Shown here one piece after another: positions 1 through 9,093 of a stretch of 64,000 bases of DNA (position 1 is its first letter; every line of letters starts with the position of its first letter). The position numbers were made by a program, and so were the translations under genes. Origin of the DNA: a bacterium (GTDB taxonomy: Bacteria > Patescibacteriota > Minisyncoccia > Phycocordibacterales > CAIZIN01); NCBI GenBank assembly GCA_037131675.1, contig JBAXQO010000003.1, positions 2,487 through 66,486 on the forward strand. The letters are read 5' to 3'. Under the pieces are notes generated by a model that worked only from the letters and a program-made list of their open reading frames with translations, was not told the DNA's origin and searched no databases.

Positions 1-218
1 TCTTTACTGGATACAAACCACAATTTTACATTGGTACAACAGACGTTACTGGTGAAGTAACTCTAAAGGAAGGTGTAGAAATGGTTATGCCAGGCGATAC
101 CGTAACCTTCAAGGTTAAACTTATTGCTCCTATTGCTCTCGAAGAGAAGAAGAAATTCGCTATCCGAGAAGGTGGTAGAACAGTGGGTGCCGGTGTTGTA
201 ACAAAAATCGTAGCCTAA
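1..218 (+). CDS. tuf: Elongation factor Tu, C-terminal fragment (5' truncated by window edge)
   Basis: In-frame translation ends ...[41 protein letters not shown] then TAA at 216-218; typical EF-Tu C-terminus; sits upstream of the S10 cluster. Confidence 0.85.
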   Translation, partial: FTGYKPQFYIGTTDVTGEVTLKEGVEMVMPGDTVTFKVKLIAPIALEEKKKFAIREGGRTVGAGVVTKIVA

Positions 219-271
219 ATTAACCGTGGAAAAGTGACTTCATACGAAGTCACTTCAAAACGGATTGCACT

Positions 272-646
272 ATGACAACAGATACCGTAAAAAAGAAAGC
301 GCCAGCACGAGCAGCAAAGATAAAAGTTCCTACTGAAGGAATCAATAAACTTCGTATCCGTGTTCGCGCATATGAATCAAAAATTCTCGATGCTTCAGTA
401 AAGCAGATTGTTGACACTGCACTTCGCTATGATGCGAAGGTTGTGGGGCCAATGCCTCTTCCTACTGAAATTCGTAAGTACACTGTGAACCGTTCAGCAT
501 TCGTGTATAAAAATGCGCGAGAACAGTTTGAGATGAGGGTGCACAAGCGACTTATAGATATCGAGAATCCAAACGCGAAAGTAATTGAAGCTCTAACAAA
601 TATGTCTCTTCCATCAGGTGTGAATATCGATGTAAAGATGATGTAG
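272..646 (+). CDS. rpsJ: 30S ribosomal protein S10 (with ~22 aa N-terminal extension)
   Basis: KLRIRVRAYESKILDASVKQIV... matches the S10 core; first gene of the conserved S10 gene order. Confidence 0.9.
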   Translation: MTTDTVKKKAPARAAKIKVPTEGINKLRIRVRAYESKILDASVKQIVDTALRYDAKVVGPMPLPTEIRKYTVNRSAFVYKNAREQFEMRVHKRLIDIENPNAKVIEALTNMSLPSGVNIDVKMM

Positions 647-719
647 ATGTGATTGATTTTCAAAATTGAAAATCAAAGAGGGTAGAAGACAGATTTTGAC
701 AGACTAATAATTCGGCAAG

Positions 720-751
720 TATTCCCGCGCGCCCTAGGGCGCGCGGGAATA
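720..751. promoter_or_regulatory. GC-rich perfect palindrome/hairpin between rpsJ and rplC
   Basis: tattcccgcgcgccctagggcgcgcgggaata is a perfect 30-32 bp palindrome in an AT-rich context; possible attenuator or processing hairpin. Confidence 0.5.
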
Positions 752-762
752 CCAATACCACT

Positions 763-1371
763 ATGAAATATATACTTGGAATAAAACAGAATATGACCCA
801 AGTGTTCGACGAAAATGGAATTGTCTACCCCGTAACAGTGGTAAAGACAACTCCTAACGTTGTAACACAGGTTAAAACCAAAGACCGAGATGGCTACGAA
901 GCTCTCCAGGTTGGTTTTGGTGTGCGAAAAGAAAAGAACATAAACAAAGCACAGCTAGGACAGTTCAAGGATCTTGGACTTTTCCAGTTTGTACGAGAAA
1001 TCCGAACAGGTGAAGCTAAAAATGTTGGCGATGCTCTTGATCTTTCTCAATTTACTGAAGGTGAAAAAATCACTATCACTTCAGTTTCAAAAGGAAAAGG
1101 TTTTCAGGGTGTAGTTAAACGACATGGTTTCCATGGAGGTCCCCGAAGTCACGGTCAGAAGCACTCTGAGCGAGAACCAGGTTCTATCTCTGGAGGCAAC
1201 CGAGAAGGTGGACGTGTGCCAAAAGGTATGCGCATGGCAGGTCGCATGGGTGGTGACATCATCACTGTAAAGAATTTAAAAGTAGTACAGATTGATTCAG
1301 AGAAAGGCGAAATCCTTATTAAGGGTGCCGTTCCTGGTCGACGAGGTACATTGGTCGAGATTAAGGCTTAA
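763..1371 (+). CDS. rplC: 50S ribosomal protein L3
   Basis: 202 aa; conserved L3 sequence and position after S10. Confidence 0.9.
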   Translation: MKYILGIKQNMTQVFDENGIVYPVTVVKTTPNVVTQVKTKDRDGYEALQVGFGVRKEKNINKAQLGQFKDLGLFQFVREIRTGEAKNVGDALDLSQFTEGEKITITSVSKGKGFQGVVKRHGFHGGPRSHGQKHSEREPGSISGGNREGGRVPKGMRMAGRMGGDIITVKNLKVVQIDSEKGEILIKGAVPGRRGTLVEIKA

Positions 1372-1389
1372 TACAATAGAAAATATATT

Positions 1390-2052
1390 ATGGAAACAAA
1401 AATATACAACCAAAAAGGACAGGAAGCGGGAACTATTGCATTGCCTGAATCTATTTTCGGCCTTGCATGGAATTCTGACTTGGTACACCAAGTAGCGGTT
1501 TCAATGATGAGTACTGCTCGTCAGCCTATCGCTCATACAAAAGATCGTGGTGAAGTTTCAGGTGGTGGTAAAAAACCATGGAAACAAAAGGGAACTGGTC
1601 GTGCACGACACGGATCTACTCGATCTCCGATCTGGGTAGGTGGAGGTGTTGCACACGGTCCTCGAAATGAAAAGATTTATGACCGAAAGGTAAACCGAAA
1701 GATGAAAACAAAAGCAATCTTTACTATTCTTTCACGAAAGTTTAAGGATGGAGAAATGATTTTTGTTGATTCTCTAAAAATTGCTGAACCAAAAACAAAA
1801 GATGCAAAAAACATTCTTATGTCTCTTGGTGAAGTAAAGGGTTTTGAAAAACTAGCAACAAAACGAAAGAATGCTGCTTACATCGGCCTTATGGCTAAAG
1901 ATGCTGCAACAGAAAAGAGCTTCCAAAATATCGGAAGTGTAATGGTCGATGAATTCCGCAATGTAAACCCGGTTGATCTTTTGAACTCAAAGTTCGTTGT
2001 GATCTCTGAACCGGAAAAAGCATTTGCATTTTTGCAGTCTAAGAAAGCCTAA
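1390..2052 (+). CDS. rplD: 50S ribosomal protein L4
   Basis: 220 aa; KKPWKQKGTGRARHGS motif; gene order. Confidence 0.9.
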   Translation: METKIYNQKGQEAGTIALPESIFGLAWNSDLVHQVAVSMMSTARQPIAHTKDRGEVSGGGKKPWKQKGTGRARHGSTRSPIWVGGGVAHGPRNEKIYDRKVNRKMKTKAIFTILSRKFKDGEMIFVDSLKIAEPKTKDAKNILMSLGEVKGFEKLATKRKNAAYIGLMAKDAATEKSFQNIGSVMVDEFRNVNPVDLLNSKFVVISEPEKAFAFLQSKKA

Positions 2053-2057
2053 ATATT

Positions 2058-2369
2058 ATGGAAAAGACAGCAACAAAAATAAATGTGATAAAACGAGACA
2101 TTTCAAATGTTCTTGTAAAGCCTCGTATTACTGAAAAGGCGGCATACGGTTCTGCTCACAATGCATATGCATTCGAAATCGCTCCTTGGGCAACTAAGGA
2201 TGAGGTTAAGAAAGCGGTACAGGCAGTTTATAAAGTGACTCCAATCAAAGTAACCGTTGTTAACCTTCCAGCAAAGAACGTAGTTGTTCGAGGAAAGAAG
2301 GGTGTAAAGAGCGGTGTTAAGAAAGCATATGTTTTTCTTAGGAAGGGAGATAAAATTGAATTCATCTAG
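2058..2369 (+). CDS. rplW: 50S ribosomal protein L23
   Basis: 103 aa; position between L4 and L2; basic small protein. Confidence 0.85.
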   Translation: MEKTATKINVIKRDISNVLVKPRITEKAAYGSAHNAYAFEIAPWATKDEVKKAVQAVYKVTPIKVTVVNLPAKNVVVRGKKGVKSGVKKAYVFLRKGDKIEFI

Positions 2370-2371
2370 CC

Positions 2372-3220
2372 ATGAAACGATATAAACCAACATCAAAATC
2401 TCGACGCCAGATGACAACCGTTTCTTACGGTGACCATCTTACAGTTGCAGAGCCTCACAAAGCTCTAACTGGTGGTTTCAAGAGATATGTAGGACGAAAC
2501 AATGCTGGACGAGTTTCTATGCGTCACAAAGGTGGTGGCGTAAAGCGACTTTACCGAGCAGTGGACTTCTCATACAATAAGAAAAATATTCCTGCAAAAA
2601 TAGAAACTGTTGAATACGATCCAAACCGAACTGGTTTCATCGGTCTTGCATGTTATGCAGACGGTGAACGCCGATACGTGCTTATTCCAAAGTCTCTCAA
2701 AGTAGGTGATAAGTTTGAGGTCTCAGAAGATGCTCCTGTAAAACCAGGTAACCGACTTGCTCTCAAAAATATTCCAGTAGGTACATTTGTGTACAACGTG
2801 GAAATCAAGATAGACGGCGGTGCCAGAATTGCTCGTTCTGCAGGTAACTACGCTCAAGTGGTTGCTCAAGACGGCGATTGGGTTCACGTAAAGTCTCCAT
2901 CAACTGAAATTCGAAAAATTCTCGCTGGATGTTATGCATCTATCGGAGAAGTTTCAAATGATGAAAATCATCTTGTTAATCTAGGTAAAGCTGGACGCTC
3001 ACGATGGCTCGGTATTAAACCAACTGTTCGAGGTAGTGCTATGAACCCAGTAGACCACCCATACGGAGGAGGTGAAGGTGTTCAGGGACGAGGTACAAGA
3101 CGTGCTAAAACCAAGTGGGGTAAACCTGTTGGTAAAGGACAGAAGTCTCGACGTGCAAAGAAATATTCAAACAAATTTGTTGTTTCTCGCCGAAAGGTTG
3201 GAAAGTCAAAGAAAGGTTAG
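2372..3220 (+). CDS. rplB: 50S ribosomal protein L2
   Basis: 282 aa; GRNNAGRVSMRHKGGG and PVDHPYGGGEG motifs of L2. Confidence 0.95.
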   Translation: MKRYKPTSKSRRQMTTVSYGDHLTVAEPHKALTGGFKRYVGRNNAGRVSMRHKGGGVKRLYRAVDFSYNKKNIPAKIETVEYDPNRTGFIGLACYADGERRYVLIPKSLKVGDKFEVSEDAPVKPGNRLALKNIPVGTFVYNVEIKIDGGARIARSAGNYAQVVAQDGDWVHVKSPSTEIRKILAGCYASIGEVSNDENHLVNLGKAGRSRWLGIKPTVRGSAMNPVDHPYGGGEGVQGRGTRRAKTKWGKPVGKGQKSRRAKKYSNKFVVSRRKVGKSKKG

Positions 3221-3240
3221 TTTGAAATTGTTTCAAAAAC

Positions 3241-3280
3241 AAAGCAAAAAACCACCCCTCTCGGGGTGGTTTTTTGCTTT
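3241..3280 (+). terminator. Rho-independent terminator after rplB
   Basis: aaaaaaccacccctctcggggtggttttttgcttt: GC stem plus T-run. Confidence 0.75.
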
Positions 3281-3346
3281 TGAAAGCTTTTCCTCTAAAT
3301 ATGTGAGTTCGTAAGTCTAGATTGTTAAGTTAAATAAGTAAAACTG

Positions 3347-3375
3347 TTGACAATAATTAATTTTTTGATAATATG
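3347..3375 (+). promoter_or_regulatory. Sigma70-like promoter (TTGACA-16/17-TGaTAATAT) upstream of rpsS
   Basis: TTGACA at 3347-3352, extended -10 TGATAATAT at 3366-3374; the same motif recurs at 8834-8862. Confidence 0.6.
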
Positions 3376-3412
3376 CTTGGCACTGCTCATCTAGAGCTTT
3401 TTCATATACAAA

Positions 3413-3757
3413 ATGACACGATCACTTAAAAAAGGACCATACGTAGACGAGCGATTACTAGGAAAGATCGCTGGTAAAAAACCTCTTGAAACAGGTCTTA
3501 TTAAGACATGGTCACGAGACTGCCAAATCTCTCCAGAAATGATAGGTTTTACATTCGGCGTACACAACGGTAAAGACCATATTGCAGTACTTGTTACAGA
3601 AGATATGGTAGGTCACCGACTTGGAGAATTTTCACTTACACGTAAATTCGTTAAACACGGAGGTAAAATGCAGAAAGAACTTGAACAGTCTAAGAAAGAT
3701 GCCGAACTTGCAGCCGCAAAAGCAGCTAAATCAGCAACTGAAACTAAGAAGAAATAA
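3413..3757 (+). CDS. rpsS: 30S ribosomal protein S19 (with Lys/Ala-rich C-terminal extension)
   Basis: [12 protein letters not shown]...[23 protein letters not shown] conserved S19 core. Confidence 0.9.
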   Translation: MTRSLKKGPYVDERLLGKIAGKKPLETGLIKTWSRDCQISPEMIGFTFGVHNGKDHIAVLVTEDMVGHRLGEFSLTRKFVKHGGKMQKELEQSKKDAELAAAKAAKSATETKKK

Positions 3758-3762
3758 TCACT

Positions 3763-4203
3763 ATGAAAGCAACACTCTCACAATACAGACAGTCTCCACG
3801 TAAAGTTCGCGTAGTTGCGGACATGGTTCGTGGTAAGAAAGTTTCAGAAGCTGTTACAATATTTACTCTTGTTCCAAAGCGAGCAGGACTTCCACTTAAA
3901 AAACTCCTAGAATCAGCCATTGCAAACGCAAAGAACAGTGGTGCAGATATAGATTCTTTGATTGTGAAAGAAGTTCGTGTTGATGGTGGTGTGGTTATGA
4001 AACGACAAATGCCTCGTGCTTTTGGTCGTGCATACGCTATAAAAAAGCGAACAAGTCACGTACACATCGAGCTTGGAGTAAAGGAAAGTAAGGTAAAAGG
4101 TATAGCAGCGCCCGTAAAAGAAGCAAAAGCTGAAAAAAAGGCAACAGTTAAAAAAGTTGCTGCAAAAAAAACAACAGTTAAAAAAACTAAGAAATCAGAA
4201 TAA
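3763..4203 (+). CDS. rplV: 50S ribosomal protein L22 (Lys-rich C-terminal tail)
   Basis: 146 aa; gene order; L22 core sequence. Confidence 0.9.
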   Translation: MKATLSQYRQSPRKVRVVADMVRGKKVSEAVTIFTLVPKRAGLPLKKLLESAIANAKNSGADIDSLIVKEVRVDGGVVMKRQMPRAFGRAYAIKKRTSHVHIELGVKESKVKGIAAPVKEAKAEKKATVKKVAAKKTTVKKTKKSE

Positions 4204-4208
4204 TTATT

Positions 4209-4865
4209 ATGTCACACACAGTTCACCCATATTCACATAGACTTGGTATCATCAGAGATTGGAAATCTCGATGGTTTGGTACACACAAAAAATATCGTGA
4301 CTTCCTTCGTGGCGACATGATCATTCGACGATTTATTGAAAGTAAGTACAGAGGATACTATATTGCTGGTTGTGAAATTGAAAGAAGCGATAAAGCTCTT
4401 CGTGTTATTCTTAAAACTTCACGCCCAGGAATGCTTATCGGACGAAATGGGGAAGGTGTAATCAAACTTAAATCAAATCTTGCTGCTCTACTTAAGAAAG
4501 AAGAACTCATCGGTAAAGAAGATTTACGAATCGATATTGAAGAAGTTCGTTCCCCAGAAGCCAATGCTCACATTGTGAGTCAGATGGTTGCAGAAACGCT
4601 TGAAAAGCGTATGCCATTCCGTCGTGTACTAAAACAGACAATTGAGAAGGTAATGGCAAATAGAGAAGTGAAGGGTGTGCGTATCGCATTGGCGGGCCGA
4701 CTTGGAGGTGCTGAAATGGCTCGTCGTGAAGAACTTAAAAAAGGTCGCATTCCGCTTCAGACATTCCGTGCTGACATTGACTTCTCCCGTTACGAGGCTC
4801 ATATGACATACGGACAGATTGGTATCAAGACCTGGATCTATAAGGGTGAGGTCTTTAAGAAATAA
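4209..4865 (+). CDS. rpsC: 30S ribosomal protein S3
   Basis: 218 aa; KH-like domain; gene order. Confidence 0.9.
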   Translation: MSHTVHPYSHRLGIIRDWKSRWFGTHKKYRDFLRGDMIIRRFIESKYRGYYIAGCEIERSDKALRVILKTSRPGMLIGRNGEGVIKLKSNLAALLKKEELIGKEDLRIDIEEVRSPEANAHIVSQMVAETLEKRMPFRRVLKQTIEKVMANREVKGVRIALAGRLGGAEMARREELKKGRIPLQTFRADIDFSRYEAHMTYGQIGIKTWIYKGEVFKK

Positions 4866-4880
4866 CTTTAATTTATTATC

Positions 4881-5303
4881 ATGTTACTCCCAAAGAAAGT
4901 AAAACATCGAAAATGGCAGAATGCACGACGAAATCCTGCAAGAGCTCGCGTTGAAAACCGTGGGGTAAATCTTGACTTCGGGGGATATGGTCTCAAAGCC
5001 ACAACCCAAGGACGTATAGAGTCAAAACAAATCGAATCAGCTCGAAAGGCAATTTCCCGAACACTCGGAAAAACTGGACGTATGTGGATTCGAATATTCC
5101 CAGACAGACCTTTTACTCAAAAGCCAGCTGAAGTAAAGCTTGGTAAAGGTAAAGGAGATGTTCAGGGTTATTGTGTTGAAATCTGGCCAGGACGAATTCT
5201 TTTTGAAGTTGATGGTGCAACACCAGAAGTTTCAAGAGAGGCTCTACGAAAAGCTGGAACAAAGCTTCCTGTTAAATGTAAAATAATTGCTCGCGAAGCA
5301 TAA
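4881..5303 (+). CDS. rplP: 50S ribosomal protein L16
   Basis: 140 aa; MLLPKKVKHRK... typical L16 N-terminus. Confidence 0.9.
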   Translation: MLLPKKVKHRKWQNARRNPARARVENRGVNLDFGGYGLKATTQGRIESKQIESARKAISRTLGKTGRMWIRIFPDRPFTQKPAEVKLGKGKGDVQGYCVEIWPGRILFEVDGATPEVSREALRKAGTKLPVKCKIIAREA

Positions 5304-5310
5304 TCCAACC

Positions 5311-5490
5311 ATGAAAGATATCAAAACAAAAAATGATAGGGATTTGGTAAAAGATCTTGCAGAAAAACGAGAAGCTATTCGAGCAATCCGTTTTAATATT
5401 GCTGGAAGTAAAACTCGAAACGTAAAAGAATCAAAAGGTCTCAAGAAAGATGTTGCTCGTATATTGACTGAGCTCAACTCTCGAAAATAA
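5311..5490 (+). CDS. rpmC: 50S ribosomal protein L29
   Basis: ATG at 5311 right after the L16 stop; the track ORF at 5287 begins with an overlapping TTG, judged less likely. Confidence 0.8.
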   Translation: MKDIKTKNDRDLVKDLAEKREAIRAIRFNIAGSKTRNVKESKGLKKDVARILTELNSRK

Positions 5491-5498
5491 AAATTATT

Positions 5499-5750
5499 AT
5501 GGAAAAGACACAAGAACAAAAGAAGGGAGGTAGAATCTTCAAAGGCACAGTAGTTTCAGATAAGATGAAAGATACTGTTGTTGTTAAAGTTGAGAGCTAC
5601 CAAAAGCATCCTAAATACGGAAAATTTCTCCGTTCCCAGAAGAAATTCAAAGCTCATAATCCAGGTAATACTGTGAAAGTGGGTGATGTAGTAGAAATTA
5701 TGGAATGTCGACCAATTTCAAAAGATAAGAGTTTTATCGTTGTTAAATAA
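5499..5750 (+). CDS. rpsQ: 30S ribosomal protein S17
   Basis: 83 aa; gene order; S17 core. Confidence 0.9.
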   Translation: MEKTQEQKKGGRIFKGTVVSDKMKDTVVVKVESYQKHPKYGKFLRSQKKFKAHNPGNTVKVGDVVEIMECRPISKDKSFIVVK

Positions 5751-5756
5751 ACTGCC

Positions 5757-6128
5757 ATGATTCAACCACAAACAATCGTAACAATTGCAGACAACTCCGG
5801 AGCAAAAATCGGACGAATCTTCAAGGTGCTTGGTTCTGCAGCAAAACGCTACGCTCGTCTCGGCGAATTGGTAGTTCTTTCAGTACAGAAAGCTGAACCT
5901 CGAAAGGCAACAAAAAAGAAGGATATTCATCATGCAGTTGTGGTACGTACAAAAGCGGCATATCGAAGAAAAGATGGTTCATACATTCGTTTTGATGAAA
6001 ATGCAGTTGTGCTTGTTGATAAGGTAAAAGGTGAACCAATTGCAGGACGTGTATTCGGTCCTATTCCTCGAGAAATTTCTGAAAAAGGTTATCAGTCAAT
6101 TGCCTCAAAAGCTCCTGAAATCGTATAA
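5757..6128 (+). CDS. rplN: 50S ribosomal protein L14
   Basis: MIQPQTIVTIADNSGAK... canonical L14. Confidence 0.95.
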   Translation: MIQPQTIVTIADNSGAKIGRIFKVLGSAAKRYARLGELVVLSVQKAEPRKATKKKDIHHAVVVRTKAAYRRKDGSYIRFDENAVVLVDKVKGEPIAGRVFGPIPREISEKGYQSIASKAPEIV

Positions 6129-6143
6129 TTATAAAAACTATAT

Positions 6144-6458
6144 ATGGCAAAGATTAAAAAAGGCGACAATGTAATAGTGATCACAGGTAAAGATAAAGGC
6201 AAGAAAGGCACTATTTCAAAGTCATTTCCAAAAGAAAACAAAGTACTCATTGACGGTGTTAATGTAGTAAAGGTTCATACAAAACGTGGTAAAAAGGGAA
6301 GCACAAAAGGACAGATTATTGAACGCCCAATGCCAATCAACGTTTCAAATGTAATGATCGCAGATTCTAGTAAAGCAGGCCGAACTCGCGTAGGTTACAA
6401 AGTTATCGATGGCAAAAAGGTACGAATTGCCAAGAAAACCAACAAAGAAATAAAATAA
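6144..6458 (+). CDS. rplX: 50S ribosomal protein L24
   Basis: MAKIKKGDNVIVITGKDKGKKG KOW motif. Confidence 0.9.
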   Translation: MAKIKKGDNVIVITGKDKGKKGTISKSFPKENKVLIDGVNVVKVHTKRGKKGSTKGQIIERPMPINVSNVMIADSSKAGRTRVGYKVIDGKKVRIAKKTNKEIK

Positions 6459-6459
6459 T

Positions 6460-7005
6460 ATGGCACAATTTACATCAGTAAAAGAAAAAATATCACAGGC
6501 TTACGATACAATGAAGCCAGTTTTTGGATACAAAAACAAAATGCAGGCTCCAAAGATTTCAAAAGTTGTAGTGTCTGTAGGTGTTGGTTCTCAGAAAGAT
6601 AAAAAGAAGATTGAGCTTATCGCAAATCGATTAGAAAAAATCACTGGTCAGAAAGCCGCAGCCAGAAATGCAAAGAAATCTATTGCAACATTTAAGGTTC
6701 GTGAAGGCGACTTGAGTGGCTACCAGATCACACTTCGTGGTAAACGAATGTTTGATTTCCTTGACCGACTTCTAAATATCTCACTTCCTCGAACAAAAGA
6801 CTTCCGTGGTATTTCACGAAAGGGTGTTGATGAAATGGGCAACTACACACTTGGTATTAAAGAGCATTCAATTTTCCCTGAAACAGCCGACGAAGATATT
6901 AAGGATGTGTTCGGTATGTCAGTGATTGTTGTAACAAACGTTAAAGACAAGAAAGAAACTCTTACACTTCTCGAAAACATCGGTTTTCCTTTCAAGAAGG
7001 ACTAA
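6460..7005 (+). CDS. rplE: 50S ribosomal protein L5
   Basis: 181 aa; gene order; L5 core. Confidence 0.9.
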   Translation: MAQFTSVKEKISQAYDTMKPVFGYKNKMQAPKISKVVVSVGVGSQKDKKKIELIANRLEKITGQKAAARNAKKSIATFKVREGDLSGYQITLRGKRMFDFLDRLLNISLPRTKDFRGISRKGVDEMGNYTLGIKEHSIFPETADEDIKDVFGMSVIVVTNVKDKKETLTLLENIGFPFKKD

Positions 7006-7016
7006 AGAAAAAAATA

Positions 7017-7060
7017 AAAAACAAGCGGCGTGGACTTTGTCCACGCCGCTTGTTTTTAAA
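7017..7060 (+). terminator. Rho-independent terminator after rplE
   Basis: acaagcggcgtggactttgtccacgccgcttgttttt: stem-loop plus T-run. Confidence 0.75.
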
Positions 7061-7077
7061 CCCACTTTCTTTTTTCC

Positions 7078-7104
7078 TTGAGTTATTTTCTGGGGGGGTA
7101 TAAT
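7078..7104 (+). promoter_or_regulatory. Putative promoter for the inserted secreted-protein gene (TTGAGT-15-TATAAT)
   Basis: TTGAGT 7078-7083, TATAAT 7099-7104. Confidence 0.45.
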
Positions 7105-7131
7105 TTCTTCATATTAGATTAATAATCAGTA

Positions 7132-8772
7132 ATGAAGAAAATTTTATTTCCATTGTTTGTGTTTTTGTGTCTGTTCACCTTTACTCCTCAGACCCATGCT
7201 GCTACCAAATATTGGTATAGTGCAAGTAGTACAAATTGGGCAACTAGTACTAATTGGTTCCTGGATATTAATCTCACTGCCCCAACGGTTGTGGCAACAA
7301 GTGGTGATTATGTAGTTTTGCTGCCCGGATCAGTTGCACCTGTTCTTAATTTAAGTAGTTCAACACCACCTGATTTTATTGAGTCTAGACTGACCGGAGA
7401 TGCTGGTTCTGCTGGTTTCGTTATTACTGGTAGTGGATTTTTCTCTGCGACAACCAGCGGAAATGTTAATTTCAAAGGATCTGTATTTAATAACGCATAT
7501 ATTACGGGAAACGTTGTGTTTAATGATAGTTCTCGAAATAATAATGGAATAATTTCTGGAAGTGCTATTTTTAATAATAGCGCATTAAATTCTGGTGATG
7601 TCCTTGGTAGTGTGACATTTAATGATGGTAGTGTGAATACTGCAGTAAGTGCGTTTGGATCTACTACGGGTTCTGTTATTTTTAATGGTAACTCTAGAAA
7701 TGTTGGTCAGATAAGAAATAATGCTATTTTTAACGGAAGTTCCACAAATGCAGCTAATATAACAGGTAATGCGGTATTTAATAATAATTCATATAATGAT
7801 GGAGGTACTATAGAAGGTAATGCTACTTTTAATACAACTTGGTATAACAATGGTTCTAACAGTGCAAATAATGGAACATTTACTGTTTCTGGTCATAGAG
7901 CCTGGAACTATAGAGTAGGTGGAACTGTTTATGGCTCCGACGGTTTACCGGTGAATGAATTTTTCTTTAAAGATTTTGCTTCCAACTTTGTTCCGATAAA
8001 TAAACCTTCATATTTTTTGGATTTTGCAAAAAATTATTCATCCTCACTGTCCGAAACAGCCACTTTTTGTGGGGATAATTCGGAAGATGTTGGTGGTACA
8101 GCCCAAAGAATGCGTTACTATAGCTCAGATTGTACGCAATCCACGACTACTCGAAATTTTGTAAGTTCAGTACCTTGGGTTGTATCCGCTGATGGTGTTC
8201 GGGTTAACATGGCAAGTAGCACATATAATGCAAGTACAACATTTACTGCAATTAACGGAGGCTCATTTATTCCAAGTAACCTTGTTCCTACGGGTCTTTC
8301 GATTTCAAATCCCGCCACAAGTACTACGGTTACATCGTGGGCGCCAGTAATAAATTGGGGTGATTCAACGAGTTTTGCATATTCTTTCGATGATACTGAT
8401 TACGTCGATCTAGCTTCTGCGACAAGTTCTATTCCAGCCCCAACATTTGGTCAACATGTATTATCAATTCGAGGTACAAATTCAACAGGTATAACAATAG
8501 TTTCATCTTCATTTACTTATTCCCAACCTGTCGTTGTTAATTCTGGAGGTGGTTCATCTGGTGGGTCATCTCATGGAGGTGGTGGAGGTGGAGGGGGCTC
8601 AGCTAAGACGACCGCAACTGCAAGTACCTCGGTATCAACCTTAAAAGTTCCGGTAACTCCGGAAACAATTACAGCACTTAAACAAGAGCTTACAAAACAA
8701 CTTATAGCAGCTCTTCAGGAATTGCTGAAACAGCTTATTGCTGAGTTGGCCAAACTTCAGGCTGCTAAGTAA
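7132..8772 (+). CDS. Secreted beta-helix-like repeat protein with Gly/Ser linker and C-terminal coiled coil (possible surface or adhesin protein)
   Basis: Signal peptide MKKILFPLFVFLCLFTFTPQTHA; many ~19-20 aa repeats of type GN(A/V)xFNxxSxN; GGGSSGGSSHGGGGGGGG linker; heptad coiled coil LKQELTKQLIAALQELLKQLIAELAKLQAAK. Confidence 0.6.
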   Translation: MKKILFPLFVFLCLFTFTPQTHAATKYWYSASSTNWATSTNWFLDINLTAPTVVATSGDYVVLLPGSVAPVLNLSSSTPPDFIESRLTGDAGSAGFVITGSGFFSATTSGNVNFKGSVFNNAYITGNVVFNDSSRNNNGIISGSAIFNNSALNSGDVLGSVTFNDGSVNTAVSAFGSTTGSVIFNGNSRNVGQIRNNAIFNGSSTNAANITGNAVFNNNSYNDGGTIEGNATFNTTWYNNGSNSANNGTFTVSGHRAWNYRVGGTVYGSDGLPVNEFFFKDFASNFVPINKPSYFLDFAKNYSSSLSETATFCGDNSEDVGGTAQRMRYYSSDCTQSTTTRNFVSSVPWVVSADGVRVNMASSTYNASTTFTAINGGSFIPSNLVPTGLSISNPATSTTVTSWAPVINWGDSTSFAYSFDDTDYVDLASATSSIPAPTFGQHVLSIRGTNSTGITIVSSSFTYSQPVVVNSGGGSSGGSSHGGGGGGGGSAKTTATASTSVSTLKVPVTPETITALKQELTKQLIAALQELLKQLIAELAKLQAAK

Positions 8773-8787
8773 TTTAGGGTATTGTTT

Positions 8788-8833
8788 TTATAATCCGACC
8801 ACTCCAGGTGATACCTAGAGTGGTCGGATTTTG
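8788..8833 (+). terminator. Rho-independent terminator after the inserted gene
   Basis: ccgaccactccaggtgatacctagagtggtcggatttt. Confidence 0.7.
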
Positions 8834-8862
8834 TTGACATTCCTCGGTTTTTTTGATAATAT
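8834..8862 (+). promoter_or_regulatory. Sigma70-like promoter (TTGACA-17-TGaTAATAT) upstream of rpsN
   Basis: TTGACA 8834-8839, TGATAATAT 8854-8862; near-identical to the promoter at 3347-3375. Confidence 0.6.
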
Positions 8863-8907
8863 CTGCCGAGCTCTATATGAGCGTTTTCTTATTAATTATA
8901 AATTTAT

Positions 8908-9093
8908 ATGGCAAAAACATCAGTAAAAGTACGTGCTGCCCGAAAGCCGAAATTCAGCTCTCGCATCGTGAGACGCTGTGTTCGCTGTGGTCGAAAGCGA
9001 GGATATATGCGGGACTTCGGGTTGTGTCGCGTTTGCTTCAGAGAAATGGCCAATGACGGCCTTATTCCTGGCATCAAAAAATCATCATGGTAA
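8908..9093 (+). CDS. rpsN: 30S ribosomal protein S14 type Z (zinc-binding)
   Basis: 61 aa with CVRCGR...CRVCFRE Cys4 motif. Confidence 0.9.
   Translation: MAKTSVKVRAARKPKFSSRIVRRCVRCGRKRGYMRDFGLCRVCFREMANDGLIPGIKKSSW

Noticed and set aside
224-256. Hairpin between tuf and rpsJ (agtgacttc-atac-gaagtcact) as something unusual
   Set aside because: It is a short stem in the expected position of the S10-operon leader or tuf terminator, so I treat it as an ordinary attenuator or terminator element.
427-663. Antisense ORFs across the ribosomal protein genes (for example 427-663, 1297-1491, 2103-2417, 4358-4564, 5244-5519, 5821-6039)
   Set aside because: They overlap highly conserved ribosomal protein genes on the opposite strand and are classic shadow ORFs.
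5287-5310. Upstream TTG start for rpmC overlapping the end of rplP (similarly 9476 for rplF and 56610 for pilC)
   Set aside because: In each case an ATG lies just after the upstream gene's stop and gives a canonical N-terminus. The TTG-initiated extensions overlap the preceding gene or a hairpin.
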